Shown here: positions 13,789 to 19,107 of the stretch, piece after piece
Numbering within the stretch: the first letter of the stretch is position 1
Layout: each line of letters opens with the position of its first letter
DNA from: an uncultured Oligoflexus sp.
GTDB lineage: Bacteria; Bdellovibrionota_B; Oligoflexia; Oligoflexales; Oligoflexaceae
Reading direction: 5' to 3'
Length of the DNA: 19,107 nucleotides
NCBI GenBank assembly: GCA_964236955.1
Contig: CAXSGP010000029.1
Coordinates: forward strand, 28,518-47,624
Program-made: the position numbers and the translations under genes
Notes under the pieces: generated by a model
The model's database searches: none
What the model saw: the letters and a program-made list of their open reading frames with translations, nothing else
Told to the model about the DNA's origin: nothing

Positions 13789-15885
13789 CTATTCGCCCTG
13801 CCCCACGAGTTTGAGACTGTCGATGTCCCAACCCTGGTAGTTGACAGATTGATCCGTTTTTATACGGAACCGTAAGCGGAATGGAGTGTCAGCCGCGAGG
13901 GCTCCCTTCAAGTCGTAGGATACCGTCGTCCAATCGCTGGTTCCGTTGACTTTGGCTATTTCGGTCCAGTGCCGTCCATCGTCAAGAGAGTATTCGATAA
14001 AGCCAAAGTCGTAATCCTTTTCCAATTCATATCTCATGCGCAGTTCCAGCAGCAAGGGTGCTTTGTTGAGTTTGATCTCTTTGCTGACTGCGGACTTATC
14101 GAGGCCATTCGCATACAATCCATCGGGACTGTCTGAAAGCACCGACAACCCCTCGATCTTAGTCACCGCCCATGGCTTTCCGAAAGCATCCCAGTCATTG
14201 GCCGCTTCATTTTCTTCCGACCAGAGTGTGACGACCGGTTTGAGGGTAAAGGCCACGCTATCTGAGAAAGCACTCAGGTTGCCGACGTTATCGGAAGCTC
14301 GAATTGTGAGAAAGGCACTGCGATTATAGGCTAGATTGGTAATCGACGCGGTATAGACCAAGTCCGGGCGCTGTTGAATCTTCGTGAATTTGGCTACCTC
14401 TGCGCCTGCCCACTCGGACTCAGTGCTTATCGGTGCATCGCTGATACGAACAAAGTAGGCTGACGCCTGGCCCTCTACGCTGTCGTCGCCGGTTGGATTC
14501 CAGCTGATTTCAATGCTATTCAAGCCTGAGCCCGTCACGTCAAGCCCGGAAACGACGGCTGGGGGCACGGTATCGACTTCCATTGCATCGGCGACACTGA
14601 TACGGCCGTAAATAATTCTGCCGTTCAAAGCCGTAGTCTTGGTGCTTGAGGTCAACAGTTTGTCTTTGATCGTCAGGGGGGCGACATCGGGAAAGCGGGA
14701 ACGAATTAAGGCGATCGCGCCTGTGACGTGCGGTGTGGCCATCGACGTCCCGCTCTTCGATCCATAGAGCCCATTGGGCAGGGTCGAATAAATATCCTCG
14801 CCGGGCGCTGCAACATCGACAGTCGTTGCCCCATAGTTCGAGAAAGTCGAGATCTGATCATGACGATTGATGGCTGCCACCGATATGATGTTTGGCAAAT
14901 CGTAGTTTGATGGATAGTGATCGCCGATATCGTTGTTATCGCTATCATTGCCGGCAGCCGTTATGAAGAGGATATTTTTCTCTGAGGCTTTTTGGATGGC
15001 GCCGAAGATAGCATCCGAATAAACACCGCCGCCCCAGCTGTTATTGCTGACGAAGACACCGAGTTTGGTCGCATAGTCGATGCCTTTGACCAGGATATCG
15101 GTGCTGGTTGCGCCCGCGCCCGAGAATACCTTGATGGGCACCATGCTTACGTTCCAGTTCACACCGACAACACCATTGGCATTATTGCCGACCGCGCCGA
15201 TGGTTCCGGCGACATGGGTGCCGTGACTGTTGTCGTCCATGGGATCATTGTCGTTGTTGAAGAAATCCCAGCCATGAAAGTCATCGACAAAGCCATTGCC
15301 GTCGTCGTCGATGCCGTTGCTGCTCTTGTCGTTACCATTGGCGTCGAGTCCGCTTTCGCCCGGGTTGATCCAGACGTTTTCTTTGAGATCGGGATGGTTA
15401 TAGTCCATACCGCTGTCGATGATGCCGACCAGCACATCGCGGCTCCCCGTCGTGGAGTCCCAGGCTCCAAGGGCGCCGATATCAGCACCGGCTACACCAC
15501 CCGACTGGCCGCTGTTATTCATGCCGTAGAGTTTGGAGAACTCGGCATCGTTAGGGGTCTTCTCGTAGAGTTTATAGATGACGTTGGCTTCAACCGCTTT
15601 AACTTGCTTGGATTCTGCTAACTTTTGCGCTATTTCTTCGAGATCGGCGCCAGCCGGGAGAGTGATGAGATAGCTGTCCGCGTTTAACGCTACTGTATTA
15701 GCACTGTAGGGCTGGAGATTTTGAATGGCGGCGTTTTTCCTCGTGCCTTTTTGAAAGGTGGCAATGAGTTGTCCATCCTGATGAGGCTTGGAGAGGTTAA
15801 ACTTTTTTTCGTCTTTCGAGCAGGCGGTGGCCAAAAGCGAGAGACTTACTAATCCCGAAATCAAGTAAACCAGCCTTGATACCAT
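13789..15885 (-). CDS. S8 subtilisin-like serine protease, lipoprotein, with FN3-like and C-terminal beta-sandwich domains
   Basis: Lipobox LLATAC; catalytic triad IIDSG / HGTHVAG / GTSMATPH; oxyanion-hole AAGN; Asp-rich insert NGIDDDGNGFVDDFHGWDF; DTVPPA..SWNPTGDD FN3-like domain; SD GAGG. Confidence 0.95.
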   Translation of the reverse strand: MVSRLVYLISGLVSLSLLATACSKDEKKFNLSKPHQDGQLIATFQKGTRKNAAIQNLQPYSANTVALNADSYLITLPAGADLEEIAQKLAESKQVKAVEANVIYKLYEKTPNDAEFSKLYGMNNSGQSGGVAGADIGALGAWDSTTGSRDVLVGIIDSGMDYNHPDLKENVWINPGESGLDANGNDKSSNGIDDDGNGFVDDFHGWDFFNNDNDPMDDNSHGTHVAGTIGAVGNNANGVVGVNWNVSMVPIKVFSGAGATSTDILVKGIDYATKLGVFVSNNSWGGGVYSDAIFGAIQKASEKNILFITAAGNDSDNNDIGDHYPSNYDLPNIISVAAINRHDQISTFSNYGATTVDVAAPGEDIYSTLPNGLYGSKSGTSMATPHVTGAIALIRSRFPDVAPLTIKDKLLTSSTKTTALNGRIIYGRISVADAMEVDTVPPAVVSGLDVTGSGLNSIEISWNPTGDDSVEGQASAYFVRISDAPISTESEWAGAEVAKFTKIQQRPDLVYTASITNLAYNRSAFLTIRASDNVGNLSAFSDSVAFTLKPVVTLWSEENEAANDWDAFGKPWAVTKIEGLSVLSDSPDGLYANGLDKSAVSKEIKLNKAPLLLELRMRYELEKDYDFGFIEYSLDDGRHWTEIAKVNGTSDWTTVSYDLKGALAADTPFRLRFRIKTDQSVNYQGWDIDSLKLVGQGE

Positions 15886-16069
15886 GTAATCCTCATGTCA
15901 AAGACAATATAAGACGACCCTCCGCTAGGGGAAGGAGCCAACGTGTACTGAGAGCTATTCAGGGCGATGGTAACGGGATGCTGGGCTTATGCAGAGTCCC
16001 TCCGGCAGAAGAGGAATGCATTTCTTTCGCCTGCTTTTTTCGAATGAATTATCCTGTTCGGCTATTTCC

Positions 16070-16099
16070 ATTATACGGCGGGAAATTCTCTGCTGTCTA
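16070..16099 (-). promoter_or_regulatory. Sigma-70-type promoter candidate for the S8 gene
   Basis: Minus strand TAGACA-N18-TATAAT, about 185 nt upstream of the ATG at 15885. Confidence 0.4.
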
Positions 16100-16529
16100 C
16101 GGAACGGCATTTGGCTTTAGTTTTATTGCAGGCCCTGCCCTGTCGATGATGGGAAGGATTTGCCTATCGATCCGTTGGGAATAAATCATGAAGGGCCGAT
16201 GAAAACAGGAGCCAGGCGCCGCAGGTCGAGAGTCGGGTTTTTCCGCGATCAGGACTCACCAAAGATTATTTTGATGCCTGGCCATTGTCGGTGCCGATTG
16301 CCGTCAGGGAAAGCGCCGACAAGGACGAGGCTTATTCATGGTGGCGCTTGCGGCCAAGCCTGTCCCCTTGCTTAGCTTTCTCAGACCGCGAGAGAAAAAA
16401 GCTGAAGGTCGGGCCAATTTTGGTCTTGACGGCCTGCTTCATTAAAACCAAGTTTATAATGTCCCGTTCACTTTCAGTAAGCCGGACTCTACTCAGGACC
16501 ATTCGCCTAGCCAATCGGAGATAAGTGCT

Positions 16530-16871
16530 ATGTCAGAAGCAGTCTATACAAGTATCACCGTTGAAGAACTTCATAAGCTTGCGCAAAATGCCAGTCGATT
16601 TCATCTCTTAGATGTGCGCGAAGACGATGAATTTCAAGAGTATCATGCCAATATCAGTCGCTCTCTGCCTTTGAGTCGCCTGATGGAAGGCCGCGCTCAA
16701 GACGAGCTTCGCATCCCTAAAGATGAAACCATTTATATCATCTGTCGTTCCGGTCGACGCTCAGCCAGTGCCTGCGACTATCTCCATCATCTGGGTTTTC
16801 AAAATCTTGTAAATGTGACGGGCGGTATGGAGGCTTGGGTTACTGCTGGGTTGGCGCATGTACGGGCTTAG
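16530..16871 (+). CDS. Single-domain rhodanese-like sulfurtransferase
   Basis: LLDVREDDEF..H, active-site loop CRSGRRS, NVTGGMEAW; SD GGAG. Confidence 0.93.
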   Translation: MSEAVYTSITVEELHKLAQNASRFHLLDVREDDEFQEYHANISRSLPLSRLMEGRAQDELRIPKDETIYIICRSGRRSASACDYLHHLGFQNLVNVTGGMEAWVTAGLAHVRA

Positions 16872-17123
16872 ATTGATCATGGGTCGAGACACCTGAGCGG
16901 ATGGATTCCCTTCCCTCTAAACTCGGCGCCACTCTAAGGTTATGCCGTGTTTCCCTAAGTTTGGGGGATGGGTAACTGACCCTTGCCATGCGCTTTTAAA
17001 ACTGGCAATTGGCCGGTAATCGACTGCGCGCCCCAACTCCACCTTAGACCACCTTGCATATTTCGTTTAGCGGAAAGCTAAATCAAGTAGAATGCCTCCA
17101 CGATCAAATCTCAGGAGAATTGT

Positions 17124-18467
17124 ATGCAAAAGTCTTGGATGCTAAGGAAAATTTTAAGTCTGAGCTGCCTTGCCCTGGCTTTGAGCCATTGTGGTTTCAA
17201 GCCTAGGCGCAATCAGGAGCGGGGCCTTGGGGATTCTCACCTCGCCTTTGATTCGTCACGTCTGGTCGCGGTCGATGCCTCCATCGCGGCGGGGAGCCTG
17301 CAAACCGCCGTAACCGATCCCATAGAGCAGGAAAAGCTGATTCGGAAGCAACTCAAGTATACGGTGGGACAGCTCAATGGATTAGGCGGCGCGCCGCACT
17401 TGGAAAGTTTTGCAATCACGTTAGGCGCGACGCAGGGCATCCCGAATTCAGACCATCTTCTCAATGTAAGTTACTCAGCAAAATTCCTCATGAGCTGGCC
17501 TCTCGCAAGTCCCATCCCCGAACATTTGACCCTTTATTTGCCGGCAGCGGGCGAACAGGACTTTATCGATCACTTTTTGAATGACGTGGATAGTGAAGGG
17601 CGTTGTCTGGACAGTGGTTCCCATGGAGTTGATACCGTCACAGCTTTTTATTACTATCGTCCACTCAAGGCCAGTTGTGAGATCAACCATGAGGCACTGC
17701 CCAGCGTGGCCATCATCGATGCGACACTCAGTAAAAGCGCCGTTAATACCGAGGGTAAATTCCCAGAATATGCTAAGATTTGGGAAGATGGCCGTCTGGC
17801 GGTGACCTTGGTTTTTGGAAAAAACGATGGCAATTCCATGGACGAGAGCGACGCCGGCATAAATGCCTATCAGGCAACCTATCGATCCCTAGTGAGTAAT
17901 TTTGGGAAGCCGCTGTCCAGCAACCTGGCGGTCGATATCAAAGCGCCCGGTGCGGCCGAAAACTTTGTTCAAATGATCTTTCAGACCCCTAGGGGAATTC
18001 TTGATGTCGATCTTGAACTTATCAATCACATCGGGGCCGATGATGAGGCAGGCTTGGCTTTTTTACAACGCTACAGCGATCGCATGGCGATTGCCGATTT
18101 TGTGAGTTACAGTGGGCACTCGGGGCATGGTTCCAACATCGCCCAGTTGATGAAGATGGGGAGCTTTATAAAAGGCCAGTATCAAATTCTGCGCTTAAAC
18201 GGCTGTGATTCCTTCGCCTATTTCACCGATGAACTTCAAAACGCCCATGCCGCGGTAAACCCCGGTGAAAGCCCGTCAAAGTACCTCGATATCATCAGCA
18301 ACTCGCAACCCAGTCGATTTTCGTCCGGCTCCTGGGAAGCGTTGGTTGTCATCAATGCCTTGGTTGACAAGACCTTAACCTATCGTCAGATCCTCGCCAG
18401 GATGGATACATCCCAGCAAAACGCGGTCACAGGTGAGCAGGATAATGAGGCCTGGACCAATCTCTGA
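17124..18467 (+). CDS. Hypothetical lipoprotein (447 aa), possible cysteine-protease-like fold
   Basis: SD AGGAG; lipobox-like LALSHC; motifs FVSYSGHSG and ILRLNGCDS. Confidence 0.8.
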   Translation: MQKSWMLRKILSLSCLALALSHCGFKPRRNQERGLGDSHLAFDSSRLVAVDASIAAGSLQTAVTDPIEQEKLIRKQLKYTVGQLNGLGGAPHLESFAITLGATQGIPNSDHLLNVSYSAKFLMSWPLASPIPEHLTLYLPAAGEQDFIDHFLNDVDSEGRCLDSGSHGVDTVTAFYYYRPLKASCEINHEALPSVAIIDATLSKSAVNTEGKFPEYAKIWEDGRLAVTLVFGKNDGNSMDESDAGINAYQATYRSLVSNFGKPLSSNLAVDIKAPGAAENFVQMIFQTPRGILDVDLELINHIGADDEAGLAFLQRYSDRMAIADFVSYSGHSGHGSNIAQLMKMGSFIKGQYQILRLNGCDSFAYFTDELQNAHAAVNPGESPSKYLDIISNSQPSRFSSGSWEALVVINALVDKTLTYRQILARMDTSQQNAVTGEQDNEAWTNL

Positions 18468-18488
18468 TCGATGTCCCGGCAGTTTTTT

Positions 18489-18893
18489 CTAGAGCTGCGT
18501 TAGATGTTTTTCAATAGTGGCTAAAAGCTCGGCCTGATTAAGGGGCTTGGTCAAATGGCCGTCGAAGCCGGCGGCCTTGGTCTTGGCCCTCTCTTCCGCC
18601 ATGGCATGCGCGGTCAGGGCGATAATGGGCAGGTTGCAGGCGTTGCTCCGAAGCGAGCGCGTCGCTTCATAACCATCGACGCGGGGCATCTGTATATCCA
18701 TGAGTATAAGATGGAAATCACCGGCCATGGCAAGCTTTATGGCCTCTTCGCCATCGGAGGCCAGCTCTACCTTGGCTCCATTTTTCGAAAGCACTCGACT
18801 GATCAGGAACTGATTGTCGACGGAATCTTCCGCCAATAAAATTCTAACACCAGTCAATCGAAGCAGAGGGGCTTCCGGCTCGGTATATTGCAT
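18489..18893 (-). CDS. Stand-alone response regulator receiver (CheY-like)
   Basis: ILLAEDS..N, ILMDIQMP..DG, ALTAHA, KP. The start at ATG 18893 (purine-rich AGGATGGA upstream) is preferred to the longer ORF start at 19049. Confidence 0.88.
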   Translation of the reverse strand: MQYTEPEAPLLRLTGVRILLAEDSVDNQFLISRVLSKNGAKVELASDGEEAIKLAMAGDFHLILMDIQMPRVDGYEATRSLRSNACNLPIIALTAHAMAEERAKTKAAGFDGHLTKPLNQAELLATIEKHLTQL

Positions 18894-19107
18894 AGCTTTT
18901 CCATCCTGGCTTTGAGGGTTTCGAAGCGGGTTTTCGATCGTCGGTCGCAAGAACACTTGCGGCCGCTTTACGCATGTCGACACGCAGTCAGAGTACTTGG
19001 GAAAGACTGAGGAGGAAAGGCGAAATTCAACGGATCTTGTGATCGTCAATTAGTTAGTGTCTGTCCGGAAATGGGGATGGCAAGGCGCGAGGCAGAAAAA
19101 AAGCGGA

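Noticed and set aside
1485..15621. Long antisense ORFs (e.g. 1485-2141, 3297-3806, 6899-7582, 8228-8800, 14992-15621)
   Set aside because: They lie opposite well-supported genes and show no motifs; typical codon-bias shadows.
15876..16524. Several 60-102 aa ORFs between the S8 and rhodanese genes
   Set aside because: Mutually overlapping, with no convincing SD or motifs.
16897..16950. GCGATGGA...TAAAC resembling a fluoride riboswitch start (a similar GGCGATGG occurs near 15963)
   Set aside because: The P1 pairing and the 3' GCTRATGAC..CTAC pseudoknot segment are absent.
1..19107. CRISPR arrays, tRNA/rRNA genes, transposases, reverse transcriptases, phage genes
   Set aside because: None seen by inspection. 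The holin-family label of the YqjE-like gene is not evidence of a prophage.

Overview
Bacterial chromosomal window of about 50% GC. Its gene content (exported proteases and lipoproteins, hybrid kinases) suggests an Oligoflexia/Bdellovibrionota-like organism; this is inference only. Left to right it holds: the 5' part of a kaiC gene running off the left edge (absent from the ORF track); a GlsB/YeaQ membrane protein behind a sigma-54-type motif; a secreted M16 zinc peptidase; a DMT family protein; an ElaB/YqjD-YqjE-like pair; a coupled PLD-VTT/YbhP-like pair; a sensor-less hybrid histidine kinase facing away from a catalytically degenerate kinase-receiver protein; thioredoxin; a coiled-coil exported protein; an S8 lipoprotein protease; rhodanese; a 447-aa lipoprotein with a clan-CD-like His/Cys motif pair; and a lone receiver protein. 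The most unusual part is 9.1-12.7 kb. There the kinase/pseudokinase pair flanks a 1.1 kb spacer holding a branched stem-loop element, two palindromes over a perfect TATAAT, and an unannotated 38-aa peptide ORF coupled to a 67-aa ORF. No rRNA, tRNA, CRISPR array or transposase was seen.
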